From NCBI RefSeq assembly GCF_000145295.1, contig NC_014408.1, forward strand, positions 1,230,001 through 1,262,000: 32,000 bases of DNA, in the 5' to 3' direction. The number at the start of each line of letters is the position of its first letter. The first letter of the stretch is position 1. This document shows, in pieces, positions 1 to 10,515 of this stretch. The stretch comes from Methanothermobacter marburgensis str. Marburg. GTDB taxonomy: Archaea; Methanobacteriota; Methanobacteria; Methanobacteriales; Methanothermobacteraceae. Both the position numbers and the translations under genes were made by a program. The notes below the pieces were generated by a model. It had not been told where the DNA came from, did no database searches, and saw only the letters and a list, made by a program, of their open reading frames with translations.

Positions 1-505
1 TTCGCTTGGTTGATTCTATCTCACCGGCGAGGAGCCTTATGGTCTTCTCGATCTCACCGAGTTCTATTATGAGTGCCAGGGACTCCTCGAATTTTCTGGC
101 TGCCTCGTCGAGTTTTACTGATGTGTCCACAAGGCCGTATCCACGTTCAACCACGGTCCTCTGGGTTGCCCGGGCATCGACCACCGGTACAACGACACCC
201 ATTATACTCCTTGAGTCTATGTCGACCTCCACGGACTCCCTCACAGACATTGCAGCCCTCTCAACTGCAGTGTCGCCCATGAGTACCTGGGCCTCTGTGA
301 GGTCAGAGAAGGCCTCCTTGAGGTGCTCCTCCACCTTTTCACGGGAACCCTTAACCCTCTCAAGGATGTTGAAGAACTCCATGATAAGGGCGTTCCTCTT
401 CTCCTTGAGGAGACTGTAACCCTTGACAGCGAGTTTCTCACGCTGCTTGAGTTTCAGGAGCTCCATCCTTGTGGGGTTGATCCCCTCAATCATTTCCTGT
501 GCCAT
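1..505 (-). CDS. atpD: A1AO (A/V-type) ATP synthase subunit D, N-terminal ~168 codons; gene runs off the window start
   Basis: Absent from the ORF track because there is no stop in the window. My minus-strand translation from the ATG at 505-503 gives [44 protein letters not shown]..., a typical subunit D N-terminus. An AGGAGAG RBS lies 7 nt upstream. It is the last gene in the atpHIKECFABD order. Confidence 0.9.
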
Positions 506-540
506 TGGCTAACTCTCCTGAAAAAGGATGTTGGGGGTGG

Positions 541-1932
541 TTATTCGGCACCCGGGAGGTACTTGGGTATGTGCTCCTCGCGGACCCTCTTGAGTTCGGA
601 CCTCGGGAGGAGTGATAGCAGTTCCCATCCGAGGTTGAGGGTCTCCTCTATGGAGCGGTCCTCGTCACGTGCCTGGGTGATGAAGCGTTTCTCAAATTCA
701 TCAGCGAATTTGAGGAACTTGCGGTCCCTCTCTGTGAGGGCCTCCTCACCCACAACCGCCATGAGGTCCCTGAGGTCACGTCCCTCGGCGTAGGCACTGT
801 ATAGCTGGTCTGAGACACCGCTGTGGTCCTCACGTGTCCTTCCCTCACCGATACCACCACTCATGAGCCTGGATAGTGATGGGAGCACGTCCACCGGTGG
901 GTATATACCCTTACGGTGGAGGTCACGGCTCAGCACTATCTGGCCCTCGGTGATGTAACCTGTCAGGTCAGGTATGGGGTGTGTGATGTCGTCCTGTGGC
1001 ATCACCAGTATGGGCATCTGTGTGATTGACCCCTCCTTGCCGACTATACGCCCTGCCCTCTCATAGAGGCTTGCAAGGTCGGTGTACATGTACCCCGGGT
1101 AACCCCTTCGTCCTGGGACCTCCTCCCTTGCAGCTGAGATCTCCCTTAGGGCCTCACAGTAGTTTGTGAGGTCGGTGAGTATGACCAGGACGTGCATGTC
1201 GTGCTCGAAGGCAAAGTACTCTGCTGTTGTGAGGGCCATCCTCGGGGTGATGATACGCTCAATGGCAGGGTCGTCTGCCAGGTTCATGAAGACCGTAACA
1301 CGCTCAAGGGCCCCTGTCCTCTCGAAGTCCCTCATGAAGTAGTTTGCCTCTTCGTGGGTGATACCCATGGCCGCGAAGATAACCGCGAATTCGCTCTCCT
1401 CTGCAAGCACCTTGGCCTGCCTTGCGATCTGGGCTGCCAGTTCGTTGTGTGGAAGCCCTGAACCTGAGAATATAGGCAGCTTCTGACCCCTCACCAGGGT
1501 GTTCATCCCGTCAATGGTTGATATACCGGTCTGTATGAACTCGGCAGGGAACTCCCTTGCAGCGGGGTTCATGGGGCTACCGTTGATGTCGAGCTCCTTC
1601 TCGGGTATGATCTCAGGGCCACCGTCTATGGGTTTACCTGTACCGTCGAATATTCGGCCCATCATGTCCAGGGATACGCCGATCTTCGCTGTTTCACCTG
1701 TGAACCTTATCTTTGTTGTCTCTGTGTTGAGGTCACTGGTACCCTCAAAGACCTGTACGACTGCAAGGTCCTCCCTGACTTCCAGTACCTGTCCCCTTCT
1801 CTTCTCACCTGTGGGTGTTTCAATCTCCACTATCTCACTGTAGGCAACCCCTTCAACACCCTCAACGATCATTAAAGGACCTGAGACCTCTGTGACGGTG
1901 GTGTATTCACGGGTTTTGATGTTAACGTTCAT
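541..1932 (-). CDS. atpB: A1AO ATP synthase subunit B
   Basis: ORF track 541..1938. The sequence [28 protein letters not shown]... and overall A/V-type B-subunit character support the call. I prefer the ATG at 1932, which has a GAGGTG RBS 5 nt upstream, over the GTG at 1938 that overlaps the atpA stop. Confidence 0.96.
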   Translation of the reverse strand: MNVNIKTREYTTVTEVSGPLMIVEGVEGVAYSEIVEIETPTGEKRRGQVLEVREDLAVVQVFEGTSDLNTETTKIRFTGETAKIGVSLDMMGRIFDGTGKPIDGGPEIIPEKELDINGSPMNPAAREFPAEFIQTGISTIDGMNTLVRGQKLPIFSGSGLPHNELAAQIARQAKVLAEESEFAVIFAAMGITHEEANYFMRDFERTGALERVTVFMNLADDPAIERIITPRMALTTAEYFAFEHDMHVLVILTDLTNYCEALREISAAREEVPGRRGYPGYMYTDLASLYERAGRIVGKEGSITQMPILVMPQDDITHPIPDLTGYITEGQIVLSRDLHRKGIYPPVDVLPSLSRLMSGGIGEGRTREDHSGVSDQLYSAYAEGRDLRDLMAVVGEEALTERDRKFLKFADEFEKRFITQARDEDRSIEETLNLGWELLSLLPRSELKRVREEHIPKYLPGAE

Positions 1933-1934
1933 CT

Positions 1935-3689
1935 TCACACCTCACTACATTCCTTGACGATCCTTTCCCGGATCTCCTTGATCCTTGCAGGGAATTCCTC
2001 TTCAGGTATGTACTTCATACGCCCGATATCCTCCTTAACAGGGAGGGATATTATGTCAGCTGCAGGTGCGCCCTTCTCAAGGGCCGCTGTTGCGTTCCTG
2101 TGGAACATTATGATTGTCCTGAGCATCTCGAACTGCTTTGATGGTGAGCAGTAGGTGTCCACCTCATGGTAGGCGTTCTGCTGGAGGAAGTCCTCCCTTA
2201 TCATCCTGGTTGTCTCCAGGGTTATCCTCTCCCTGTCTGGAAGTGCGTCGGGTCCGACGAGCTGGACTATCTCCTGGAGCTCTGCCTCCTTCTGGAGGAG
2301 AGCCATTGCCTCGTCCCTAAATTTCCTCCATTCGGGGTCCACGTTGCTGGCCCACCATTCCTGGACACTGTCAATGTAGAGTGAGTAGCTCTGGAGCCAG
2401 TCAATGGAAGGGAAGTGACGCTTGTCTGCCAGTGATGCGTCCAGGGCCCAGAACACCTTACATATCCTTAGGGTGTTCTGTGTGACGGGCTCTGAGAGGT
2501 CCCCACCTGGTGGTGAAACTGCACCCACAACTGATACTGAGGCTATCTTATCCTCTGATCCAATGGTTGTGACCCTTCCTGCACGCTCATAGAACTGTGC
2601 GAGCCTTGATGCGAGGTATGCAGGGTATCCCTCTTCACCTGGCATCTCCTCCAGCCTTCCTGAGATCTCCCTCATTGCCTCGGCCCACCTTGAGGTTGAG
2701 TCTGCCATGAGGGCGACGTCGTAGCCCATGTCCCTGAAGTACTCTGCTATGGTTATACCTGTGTACACACAGGCTTCCCTTGCAGCCACAGGCATGTTTG
2801 AGGTGTTTGCTATGAGCACGGTCCTGTCCATGAGTGGGTTACCTGTCTTGGGGTCCTCGAGTTCAGGGAACTCCTTGAGGACCTCAGTCATCTCGTTACC
2901 CCTCTCACCGCATCCAACATAGACGATTATGTCTGCGTCGGCCCACTTTGCGAGCTGCTGCTGGGTAACCGTTTTACCTGAACCGAAGGGTCCTGGTATG
3001 GCTGCTGTACCTCCCTTGGCGACTGAGAAGAATGTGTCCTGCGCCCTCTGACCTGTTATGAGTGGGACGTCAGGGTCGAGTTTCTTCTTGTAGGGTCGGC
3101 CCTTCCTGACAGGCCACTTCTGGAGCATCTGAATCTTTTCTGTTCCGCTCTCGGTTTCAACCTCAGCTATATCATCAAGGACGGTGTATTCGCCCTGGGG
3201 GGCTATCATTGTGAGTTTACCTTCAACGTTCGGTGGGATCATTATCCTGTGGGTTATTGAGGATGTCTCCTCAACCTCACCGATTATGTCCCCTCCCTTA
3301 ACCATCTGGCCCTCCCGGGCTGTGGGTTTGAAGGTCCATTTCTTATCCTTTGGGAGGGATGGTACGTCCACTCCCCTCTCTATGTAGTCTCCGGTGAGTG
3401 CCTTGATGTTCTCGAGGGGTCTCTGGATACCGTCGAAGATTGAACCCAGTATTCCAGGTCCCAGTTCCACTGATAGTGGACCGCCTGTTCTTTCAACGGT
3501 CTCTCCAGGCTTTATGCCTGCGGTTTCCTCGTAGACCTGGATTGTTGCTGTGTCACCCTCAAGTTCAATGATCTCTCCTATGAGCTTGTCTTCACCCACC
3601 TTAACCATTTCATACATCTGGGATCCTCTCATCCCCTCGGCGATGATAACAGGACCCGCTATTTTTATAATCCTTCCTTCCTGTGTCAT
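1935..3689 (-). CDS. atpA: A1AO ATP synthase catalytic subunit A
   Basis: 584-aa ORF with Walker A GPFGSGKT and the non-homologous insert typical of A/V-type A subunits. It has an ATGA overlap with atpF at 3686-3689. Confidence 0.97.
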   Translation of the reverse strand: MTQEGRIIKIAGPVIIAEGMRGSQMYEMVKVGEDKLIGEIIELEGDTATIQVYEETAGIKPGETVERTGGPLSVELGPGILGSIFDGIQRPLENIKALTGDYIERGVDVPSLPKDKKWTFKPTAREGQMVKGGDIIGEVEETSSITHRIMIPPNVEGKLTMIAPQGEYTVLDDIAEVETESGTEKIQMLQKWPVRKGRPYKKKLDPDVPLITGQRAQDTFFSVAKGGTAAIPGPFGSGKTVTQQQLAKWADADIIVYVGCGERGNEMTEVLKEFPELEDPKTGNPLMDRTVLIANTSNMPVAAREACVYTGITIAEYFRDMGYDVALMADSTSRWAEAMREISGRLEEMPGEEGYPAYLASRLAQFYERAGRVTTIGSEDKIASVSVVGAVSPPGGDLSEPVTQNTLRICKVFWALDASLADKRHFPSIDWLQSYSLYIDSVQEWWASNVDPEWRKFRDEAMALLQKEAELQEIVQLVGPDALPDRERITLETTRMIREDFLQQNAYHEVDTYCSPSKQFEMLRTIIMFHRNATAALEKGAPAADIISLPVKEDIGRMKYIPEEEFPARIKEIRERIVKECSEV

Positions 3690-4006
3690 TTTACCATCTC
3701 AACCCCAATAACTCTTTTAATAAGGTCCCTCAGTGGATCTGTTTCACGTTCTGAGGGGCCTGTCTTGTCTGGTATCTCTATTATCATTGGCAATGCGCTT
3801 GAACTTGTGGTTTCTTCTATAAATTCCCTCAGTTCATCACCAATCTTTTCTGTGACGATTATTATGGAGAAGCCATCACGTATAAGGTTCCTTATGGTTT
3901 CCTCTGCCTCGTCAGGTGTTTCAACCACGTAGCCTTCCCTGACGCCTCCGAGTCTGAACCCTGTTACAGTGTCCCTGTCACCAACCACTGCAATATTTGA
4001 ACTCAT
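3686..4006 (-). CDS. atpF: A1AO ATP synthase subunit F
   Basis: 106-aa ORF ([22 protein letters not shown]...). It has 4-nt ATGA overlaps with both neighbours, and its operon position lies between atpC and atpA. Confidence 0.9.
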   Translation of the reverse strand: MSSNIAVVGDRDTVTGFRLGGVREGYVVETPDEAEETIRNLIRDGFSIIIVTEKIGDELREFIEETTSSSALPMIIEIPDKTGPSERETDPLRDLIKRVIGVEMVK

Positions 4007-5160
4007 GCTAACATCTCCTTAACCATTGCTTCAGGGAAGCCTGGCTCCCTCTTGCTCCTTGCTATGACCTTGAGGTTCTTCACCTCAACCTCCTTCCTGC
4101 TGAGGAATCCGATCATTGGCCCGACACCGAAGGGCTTCTTGAGTGCGAAGTTCCTTGCCATCCTGTTGAGGTTGTCCTCAAGGACGCGTTCGAATACAGC
4201 CACTGAACCCGTTGATGTGTACTCTGAGAGGGTCTCTGATAGCATCTGACCGTAGTCTGTACCCTCAAGGCCGCTTACAACTCCACTGACATCCTCTGAT
4301 TCCATGAGGTCCTTGAGCTTCCATTCCCTGATCTGGTAACCGTGGGGTACTATGTATGGGCTTATGTCATCATAGCTGAGACCGTCTGCCTTTGCACGGA
4401 GTATTATTTTAAGGTTGGATATGTCGACCATGGTCCCGAAGTATGTGTGGAGTATCTTTGTGTTGTCGTCTGATGGACTTCCAACTGTCCTTATGAGTCC
4501 CTCCAGGAACTTCCTGTCAAGGGCCGCCTCTATTGGGAGGAGCATCCCTGTCTCCTCATAGTCGGATAGGGCATCCTCCAGTACGCCGGCGTACTCTGTA
4601 GCCTCAAGGCCTGTTACAACCTCCTGAACACTTGAAGCGTCTGCAAGGCCCTCGATGATCTCATAGATTTCACCTCCCGGGACAAGGAGGTTCACTGTCT
4701 CCTCGGCACTCAGGCCAGCAGCCTTTGCTGTTATGAGGCTCTTGATGTTCCTCACATCCCATCTCTTCAGGTTTGCCCTGAAGGGGTCCCTTATGGATGC
4801 AGGTGCTATCTGGGATACCATCTCATAGGTCTCTGCGAGCTGACTCTCAAGGGCCTTCTCAATGGGGAACCTGTCAATGTATTTGGCGTAGTCAGGGAGT
4901 CCCCGGAGGTAGTTCTTGAACTCCTCCATGGACTCGGTTTCAAGAATCTCTGATAGCTGTTTCTCGTTTAGGAGGCGTCCTATTCGTGCCCTGACTCTGG
5001 CGTTAGGGTATGCGAAGGGGAATAAATCTAATATAGGCCTTATAGTTGCTATTACCACAATAGCACCTATAATGGCTCCTCCGAGGAGGAGTACGCCTAT
5101 AAAAGATTCTATTGAAGGGAATCCAAGCGCTGTTACAATTGTTGTGATGCTGTCAGCCAT
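4003..5160 (-). CDS. atpC: A1AO ATP synthase subunit C (d-type central stalk/rotor adaptor)
   Basis: 385-aa ORF between atpE and atpF. It shows the internal twofold helical repeat pattern (..GLEATEYAGVLEDALSDYEETG.. / ..GLEGTDYGQMLSETLSEYTSTG..) typical of subunit C/d. Confidence 0.88.
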   Translation of the reverse strand: MADSITTIVTALGFPSIESFIGVLLLGGAIIGAIVVIATIRPILDLFPFAYPNARVRARIGRLLNEKQLSEILETESMEEFKNYLRGLPDYAKYIDRFPIEKALESQLAETYEMVSQIAPASIRDPFRANLKRWDVRNIKSLITAKAAGLSAEETVNLLVPGGEIYEIIEGLADASSVQEVVTGLEATEYAGVLEDALSDYEETGMLLPIEAALDRKFLEGLIRTVGSPSDDNTKILHTYFGTMVDISNLKIILRAKADGLSYDDISPYIVPHGYQIREWKLKDLMESEDVSGVVSGLEGTDYGQMLSETLSEYTSTGSVAVFERVLEDNLNRMARNFALKKPFGVGPMIGFLSRKEVEVKNLKVIARSKREPGFPEAMVKEMLA

Positions 5161-5177
5161 CTGTTATCTCCCCTTTT

Positions 5178-5798
5178 TTATTCGAAAAGAACCCTGGCCA
5201 CCTCTGAACGTAGAGCCTTCCTGAAACGGGACATCCTGGCCTCTATTGTGTTGTTAACCTCTATCAGACCATCCTCTGTCCTTACCACTGCTCCTCCAAT
5301 GGTTCTGATGCTGTCTCCAACCTTCAGGGTTGTTTTTTTGCCTGTTTCTGCTTCCACTTCAGCCGCGATTTTATCGAGTCCGAGGTCAAGGGACCTGTCG
5401 TCCTCCCTCATGCTGACAACCAGGTCACCGCCACCTATCTCAACGGCGGCCTCCTTTATCATGCCCCTGAGGGCGCTGACGTATTCCTCCTGGGAGGTGG
5501 ATGCCAGGTTTTTAAGTTCCTCTTCCGCCTTTTTGAAGGCCTCCTGTATTACCTCTTCCCTTGCCTCCAGTTCTGCACGCCTTGCATTCATCTTGGCCTC
5601 TGAGATTATCTGCTGGTACCTCATGTCAGCCTGTTTTCTGGCTGACTCGAGTATGCGTTCACTGGCCATCCTGGCCCTTTTTTCACCTTCATCCACTATA
5701 CCTGCAGCTTCATCTTCAGCTTCCCTGATTATGGCGTCCGCCTTTGCCTGAGCCTCTGACATTATACTGGAGACAATTTTTTCGGCTCCGGAGCTCAT
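5178..5798 (-). CDS. atpE: A1AO ATP synthase subunit E (peripheral stalk)
   Basis: 206-aa ORF with a charged coiled-coil N-terminal half (AEDEAAGIVDEGEKRARMASERILESARKQ...) and a globular C-terminal half. Operon position supports the call. Confidence 0.88.
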   Translation of the reverse strand: MSSGAEKIVSSIMSEAQAKADAIIREAEDEAAGIVDEGEKRARMASERILESARKQADMRYQQIISEAKMNARRAELEAREEVIQEAFKKAEEELKNLASTSQEEYVSALRGMIKEAAVEIGGGDLVVSMREDDRSLDLGLDKIAAEVEAETGKKTTLKVGDSIRTIGGAVVRTEDGLIEVNNTIEARMSRFRKALRSEVARVLFE

Positions 5799-5802
5799 CT
5801 AA

Positions 5803-6291
5803 TTAGCCTCCTAGTATTCCGCCGAAGACCATGAGAAGTATGGCGATCAGGAAACCATAGATGGCCTGTGTCTCTGAAAGGGCTGAGAATATAATACCCC
5901 TCGCAAACATGTCAGGGTCCTCAACAACTGCACCCACTGATGATGCTGATGTTATACCCTGACCCATACCTGAACCGAGACCTGCGAATCCTATGGCTGC
6001 ACCTGCACCCACAGCCACAAGTCCTGCTGTTACATCCAGGCCCTTTCCTCCTCCAAGGAGCCCTGAGAACACCAGGAGAAGTATGGCGATCAGGAACCCG
6101 TAAATAGCCTGTGTCTCCGGGAGGGCTGAGAATATAATACCCCTCGCAAACATGTCGGAGTCCTCTGCAACTGCACCCACACTTCCTGCGGCTGCTATAC
6201 CCTGACCTAATCCTGATCCAAGACCTGCGAATCCTACTGCAACTCCAGCACCTATTGCTGCTAAAGCAGTACCTAATGCTATTTCAACCAT
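5803..6291 (-). CDS. atpK: A1AO ATP synthase proteolipid subunit K (c), duplicated two-hairpin form
   Basis: 162-aa, Gly/Ala-rich protein with 4 predicted TM helices. The two halves are near-identical, and each ends in ..FARGIIFSAL(P/S)ETQAIYGFLIAILL.., which carries the ion-binding Glu. Confidence 0.94.
   Translation of the reverse strand: MVEIALGTALAAIGAGVAVGFAGLGSGLGQGIAAAGSVGAVAEDSDMFARGIIFSALPETQAIYGFLIAILLLVFSGLLGGGKGLDVTAGLVAVGAGAAIGFAGLGSGMGQGITSASSVGAVVEDPDMFARGIIFSALSETQAIYGFLIAILLMVFGGILGG
5806..6291 (-). repeat. Intragenic tandem duplication inside atpK (2 units, period 243 bp)
   Basis: Long near-identical DNA stretches recur 243 bp apart. For example, agaagtatggcgatcaggaa at ~5834 recurs at ~6077, and ggctgagaatataatacccctcgcaaacatgtc at ~5880 recurs at ~6123. 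Confidence 0.9.
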
Positions 6292-6296
6292 TCTAT

Positions 6297-8264
6297 TTAC
6301 CTCCTTATCTTAGTGAAGTTTCTTTCAGCACGAAATGCGTTGAACTTGTTTTTTCCGCCCAGATAGAACTGGGCAAAGAATTCCACATAATGCAGACGAA
6401 GTGAGTTTATGAAGGCACCAAGGCTCTGGAAGGCGTTGTTGGCAAGGTGCCCGAACACGAATATTATCGGGGCCAGAACGACTCCAATGACCGGTATCAT
6501 CTCATAGCTCAGTCCTGTGAGGATGTTAACGGTCATCGCTATACCCCCTGTTGATAGACAGAGGGCCAGGAGCCTGGCATATGATAGGAGCGTACCCAGG
6601 AACCCTGATACATCCATGAGGCCAAAGAGGCCGTTGTAGTAGAGCAGCATTGCAGCTGCCAGGATTATCACTGGCGCCCCGAGGAACATTCCTCCGAAGA
6701 TGTAGAGGATGATACCCAGTTCAAGTATCAGCCAGACTATCTGTGACCCGAGGGCCTCCCTCATGTTCCCGAGCCTTATGTTGTTCCTCGCCCCCAGGAT
6801 TAAACCGAAGTTGATGTGGAGCACACCAACCGTGAGTGCCATTATGAGTATGTTCTGGGGGTTCACAAATGCGTCTATGGCCGGTATGACCGTTGGCAGC
6901 TGAATGTTCAGGAACCGTGGGAAGAAGTCCCCTATGAATCCATTGGTGACCATCCCGAGGATGAAGGCCCATACCCCACAGGACATCATGATTATACCGA
7001 AGTCCCTCATGAACCGGTTGACCTTACCAAGGCCGCGGTAGAGTATGAGTCCTATGAGTGCATCCAGTATACCGTACCCTGCATCTGTGAGACAGAACCC
7101 GAAGAAGAACGGGAACACAAAGGCCATGAAGATCGTCGGGTCGATCTCGTTGTACTTCAGTGGTGAGTACATCTCCACGAAGTTTTCGTAGGGTTTGGCG
7201 AATCTGGGGTTGTCCAGAAGCACCGGAACCTCCTCGGGGTTTGGTTCCTCGAGTTCAGTGACGCAGTGGCCCTCGGATGACTCCTCAACAACCTCGATGG
7301 CCCTATCGGCCTCCTTGAGGGGCACCCATGCCTCCAGCATCACTGTCTTCTCGGTTTCGCCGAAGAGTGAGAAAACCTCGTTTCGCTCCTTCTCGATTTC
7401 AAGCTGTTCCTTGAGGACAAGGAGTTCGTCCTCCCATTCACTGTTTATCTCCCTCAGCTTTGAGATGATCTCACTTCTTTCCCCCTCAATTTCCGCAATG
7501 CGTGTCTCTGAGGAGGATATGACCTCTGATGGTCTTCCGCTGAGTTCGCTGATCTCGAACCGCTCAAATTCCATTCTCCTGAGGAGTGAGGCCACACTGT
7601 CCCCATGTTTCCTGAGGGTTATTATTATTAAAATGCGCTCTGCCCTGGTTTCCCCCTCTGCATCGAAGAGTATCAGTTCATCTGTGATCTCTGAGAGTTT
7701 TTCCCGGATTTCATCCAGGTTTTCAGAGGGTATTCTCCCGGCGATTCCGGTTATGTACTTTGAAGCATGGAGATCGGCAAAATCAATATCAAATTCTTTC
7801 AGTTTCTCTGCAACTGTCAGGCTTGATTCGAGGCTTGCTTTTTCTGAATCAAGCTCATTCAATTTTTCCTCCATAACCCTGGTCTCTGATTCGACCTTTC
7901 CCAGGATTTCCTCAGCCCTTTCCAGGAGTGATTCTGTGTCCAGTTCCTCAACCTCCCTTTTATCAAAGACAGGGGGGTTGATGAACTCCTTCAGGGTATC
8001 CTTGAGGCCCTTCTCCTGGGCTGCCACTGAGCCAAGGAAGTCCAGGATACCGCTTGTCTTCATGAGGAGGGATGACACCCTTCCTGTGTATGGTGTTGCC
8101 CTCGATGGTTTAAGGATCTGGCGCCACTCTGCATCCTGCTGGATGCGCTCGGAGATGTCATCGATCTGGGTTATTCCCTCCTCATGCAAGGACCGAACCA
8201 CTGAATCCGAGTACTGGTCCAGGGTTATGATCTTGAGTTTTCGCATCCTTGCCGGTAGAAACAT
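6297..8264 (-). CDS. atpI: A1AO ATP synthase subunit I (a-type membrane stator subunit)
   Basis: ORF track 6297..8273. The protein has a cytoplasmic coiled-coil N-terminal half and a polytopic C-terminal half with RLHYVEFF-type conserved Arg region (..SLRLHYVEFFAQFY..). The ATG at 8264 (MFLPARMRKLK...) matches the usual family N-terminus better than the GTG at 8273. Confidence 0.92.
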   Translation of the reverse strand: MFLPARMRKLKIITLDQYSDSVVRSLHEEGITQIDDISERIQQDAEWRQILKPSRATPYTGRVSSLLMKTSGILDFLGSVAAQEKGLKDTLKEFINPPVFDKREVEELDTESLLERAEEILGKVESETRVMEEKLNELDSEKASLESSLTVAEKLKEFDIDFADLHASKYITGIAGRIPSENLDEIREKLSEITDELILFDAEGETRAERILIIITLRKHGDSVASLLRRMEFERFEISELSGRPSEVISSSETRIAEIEGERSEIISKLREINSEWEDELLVLKEQLEIEKERNEVFSLFGETEKTVMLEAWVPLKEADRAIEVVEESSEGHCVTELEEPNPEEVPVLLDNPRFAKPYENFVEMYSPLKYNEIDPTIFMAFVFPFFFGFCLTDAGYGILDALIGLILYRGLGKVNRFMRDFGIIMMSCGVWAFILGMVTNGFIGDFFPRFLNIQLPTVIPAIDAFVNPQNILIMALTVGVLHINFGLILGARNNIRLGNMREALGSQIVWLILELGIILYIFGGMFLGAPVIILAAAMLLYYNGLFGLMDVSGFLGTLLSYARLLALCLSTGGIAMTVNILTGLSYEMIPVIGVVLAPIIFVFGHLANNAFQSLGAFINSLRLHYVEFFAQFYLGGKNKFNAFRAERNFTKIRR

Positions 8265-8274
8265 GTTACTCACA

Positions 8275-8589
8275 CTACAAGATACTTTTCACGATAATGC
8301 TGGCGGCCTCAGGGACTCTGCCCATTGCCGCTGATTTCATTGTCTCCACTTCACGCTTTGCCTTCCCTGAAATGCTGATGGCTTCCTTTCTGGCCCTTTC
8401 CTCTGCCTCCATTATGAGCTCATCGCCCTTCTCACTGGCCTCCCTTTCAGCATTTTCAAGGAGTTCGCTGGACCTGGTTCTGGCGTCATCGATTAGCTGG
8501 GATGATTTTTCTCTGGCCTCCTGAATTAACCTGTCAGCGTCATTTTCAGCCTTCTTTATGGTAGTGATAGCTTCCGATATGGTTGTCAT
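8275..8589 (-). CDS. atpH: A1AO ATP synthase subunit H (peripheral stalk)
   Basis: ORF track 8275..8598. It is a small charged coiled-coil protein and the first gene of the operon. The ATG at 8589 has an AGGGTGAT RBS 4 nt upstream, while the GTG at 8598 lies inside that RBS. Confidence 0.8.
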   Translation of the reverse strand: MTTISEAITTIKKAENDADRLIQEAREKSSQLIDDARTRSSELLENAEREASEKGDELIMEAEERARKEAISISGKAKREVETMKSAAMGRVPEAASIIVKSIL

Positions 8590-8626
8590 GTAAATCACCC
8601 TATTAATGCAAAGGTCTATTTCGGGG

Positions 8627-8635
8627 TATATTTAT
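8627..8635 (-). promoter_or_regulatory. Candidate TATA box of the atp operon promoter
   Basis: The minus strand reads GATAAATATACCCC, about 38-46 nt upstream of the atpH ATG. This leaves room for a TSS and the AGGGTGAT RBS. It sits in a 213-bp AT-rich spacer. Confidence 0.5.
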
Positions 8636-8811
8636 CTTTTACTATTTTATTCCAGAGTTTATGATACTCAACTAAACCTATTCGGTGAACAAAGCCTTTT
8701 GAATCCCTCCCTTGGTTCAGTGAATCATATTATGAGACTTAAATTAATTTAATGGTATTATAAAGGTTATTATTTGCTATAAAATGATTTTATGCTGCCT
8801 GAAGGTTTCTG

Positions 8812-9654
8812 CTACTCAGGCATTGGTTCAAGGTCTGCGCCGGTAGAGAGGTTCTTCTCCTCCTCGCCGTCGTAGTGTATTTCTTCGATGTCGAAGAATT
8901 TCCTGAAGGCTGGTTCACGCACCTTTTCCTCGTATACGTGGGATATGAGGCCCGGGAGCCGTCCTATCATGAACACGCCCGCCCCTGTGCGCCAGTCAAA
9001 ACCCATATCTGAGAGTATCCCTGCGTTGGCACCATCAACGTTCATCCTGACACCCTTACGCTCAAGTAGGATGTTCTGAACCTCAACCGCAAGCCTCGTG
9101 TGTGGGCCCACACAGTCGTACTCCTCTGCAAGGTCCAGGAGCCTGACAGCCCGGGGATCCGCATTATGATACCTGTGCCCGAAACCAGGCACCTTCCTGT
9201 TCCTCCGCAGATGATCATCCACCAGCCTCACAGCAGCCTCAGGAATCTCATCCTCAGACTCACACCCTGAAACAGTCTCCTGGAAAAGCTTCATGGACCT
9301 CTCAATGGCCCCGGCATGATTCTTACCAAAGGCAAGAAGACCACCAGCAATACAGGCATGCACCGGGGACCCGGCAGAGGCAATCATACGGGCAGCCTGA
9401 GTACTGGGCGGGGTCACACCATGATCACAGAAGGACACCAGGACAGCCTCCAGCATCCTCGCAACATTACCCGGCGGAAGCTCACCCCGAATCAACAGGT
9501 AAACCATCTCAGAAAAAGAAACACCACCAATCAAATCCTCCTGAGAATAACCCCTGGTAACAATCCGATTGGGCTCAACCCTCGTAATGGAAGTCCTCCA
9601 CTTCGGGGAACCCATCCTGAATACATTTTCAAGTGAATCCTTTCCTATAGCCAT
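8812..9654 (-). CDS. Short citrate-synthase-family protein (citryl-CoA-lyase-like)
   Basis: 280 aa. Motifs that I align to the three catalytic positions of citrate synthases are ..FGKNHAGAIE.., ..VPGFGHRYH.. and ..RMNVDGANA... The large N-terminal part of canonical citrate synthase is absent. A GAGGTGA RBS lies 4 nt before the ATG. Confidence 0.8.
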   Translation of the reverse strand: MAIGKDSLENVFRMGSPKWRTSITRVEPNRIVTRGYSQEDLIGGVSFSEMVYLLIRGELPPGNVARMLEAVLVSFCDHGVTPPSTQAARMIASAGSPVHACIAGGLLAFGKNHAGAIERSMKLFQETVSGCESEDEIPEAAVRLVDDHLRRNRKVPGFGHRYHNADPRAVRLLDLAEEYDCVGPHTRLAVEVQNILLERKGVRMNVDGANAGILSDMGFDWRTGAGVFMIGRLPGLISHVYEEKVREPAFRKFFDIEEIHYDGEEEKNLSTGADLEPMPE

Positions 9655-9671
9655 TCCTTCACCTCAGAGAT

Positions 9672-10514
9672 CTACAGTTTTATGGTTGCCCTTCTCGGCT
9701 CCACACAGCATGCCAGCCTCATTGAGACTATTCTGACGCCGCTGGCCCTCTGAGGCCCCACATTCACCAGGGAACCAAGGGCTGTTGTGGATCCCCCAAG
9801 ACCCAGGGGTCCTGTTCCGGTACTGTTAAGGGATTCTGTAATGTAATCCTCAATTTCAGACTGCTCATCAAGGCTTCCAGTGGCCATTGCCCTGAGCATA
9901 AGGCTCGTGGCCTCAAAATGAGTTCTCCCAATACCTATAACAGGTATGCACGGGGTGCATCCAAGTAAAGGGACCTCTGTTTTCATCCATGTCAGAACTT
10001 CCTCAAATACTTTTCTATAGCTGTGTCTGTGAAAAACCCTTCTGGTCCTTGCCCTTATCTCGGGGCCGCCCCCAAGGAGGAGAACATGGATTCTGACCTC
10101 GTCTCCCGGGACTGATTCAACAAGGAAGGGTGCCGGCTGAAGTTTTGACGGGTCACTGTAGAGGCCCCGGCTCTGCTCTATCCTCTCAATCTCATCGCCA
10201 CGCACCGCCATGGGTCTTCCTGGAAGTTTAAGGAGGCCCTCAGCAATCCCCCTCCTTATGAGGTTGAAGAAGCCGCCCGGGAGGAGGGCGTCTTCACCCA
10301 CCTCAACGATGACGTGGGGTATCCCTGTGTCATCACAGAGGGGTCTGCCGCTTTCTTCGGCTATCCTGGCGTTTTTAATGAGAAGTTCAAGGATCCATGC
10401 TGCCTTTTCATCCTCTTCCCTCGCAAGGGCCCGCTTATATGCCCGCATAACATCCGGTGGTGTGGTTGTACCTGCCCTTACAAGGGCATCCCTCACCCGT
10501 GCTGCTATATCCAA
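9672..10514 (-). CDS. Class I Fe-S hydro-lyase alpha-type subunit (fumarate hydratase / tartrate dehydratase alpha family)
   Basis: 280 aa. It carries ..PLCDDTGIPHV.., a variant of the family CQDTG motif, and further Cys residues near the C-terminal third (GCTPCIP). The TTG start lies 1 nt after the stop of the upstream gene. No beta-subunit gene is adjacent. Confidence 0.8.
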   Translation of the reverse strand: MDIAARVRDALVRAGTTTPPDVMRAYKRALAREEDEKAAWILELLIKNARIAEESGRPLCDDTGIPHVIVEVGEDALLPGGFFNLIRRGIAEGLLKLPGRPMAVRGDEIERIEQSRGLYSDPSKLQPAPFLVESVPGDEVRIHVLLLGGGPEIRARTRRVFHRHSYRKVFEEVLTWMKTEVPLLGCTPCIPVIGIGRTHFEATSLMLRAMATGSLDEQSEIEDYITESLNSTGTGPLGLGGSTTALGSLVNVGPQRASGVRIVSMRLACCVEPRRATIKL

Positions 10515-10515
10515 T

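Noticed and set aside
6-793. Plus-strand ORFs 6..419, 73..282 and 323..793
   Set aside because: They lie opposite atpD and atpB. The minus-strand translation is unmistakably ATP synthase subunit D, which is missing from the track only because its stop lies outside the window.
5248-5751. 167-aa plus-strand ORF
   Set aside because: It is antisense to atpE. It is Ser/Ala/Leu-rich low complexity produced by the coiled-coil codons on the sense strand.
7195-8334. 379-aa Ser-rich plus-strand ORF
   Set aside because: It is antisense to the well-supported atpI gene. Its low-complexity Ser/Phe/Leu composition is the mirror image of the Glu/Lys/Leu-rich sense strand, and it has no RBS.
8606-8752. 48-codon plus-strand ORF in the atpH upstream spacer
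   Set aside because: It is AT-rich with no RBS, and it overlaps the atp promoter on the other strand. It is probably a chance ORF.
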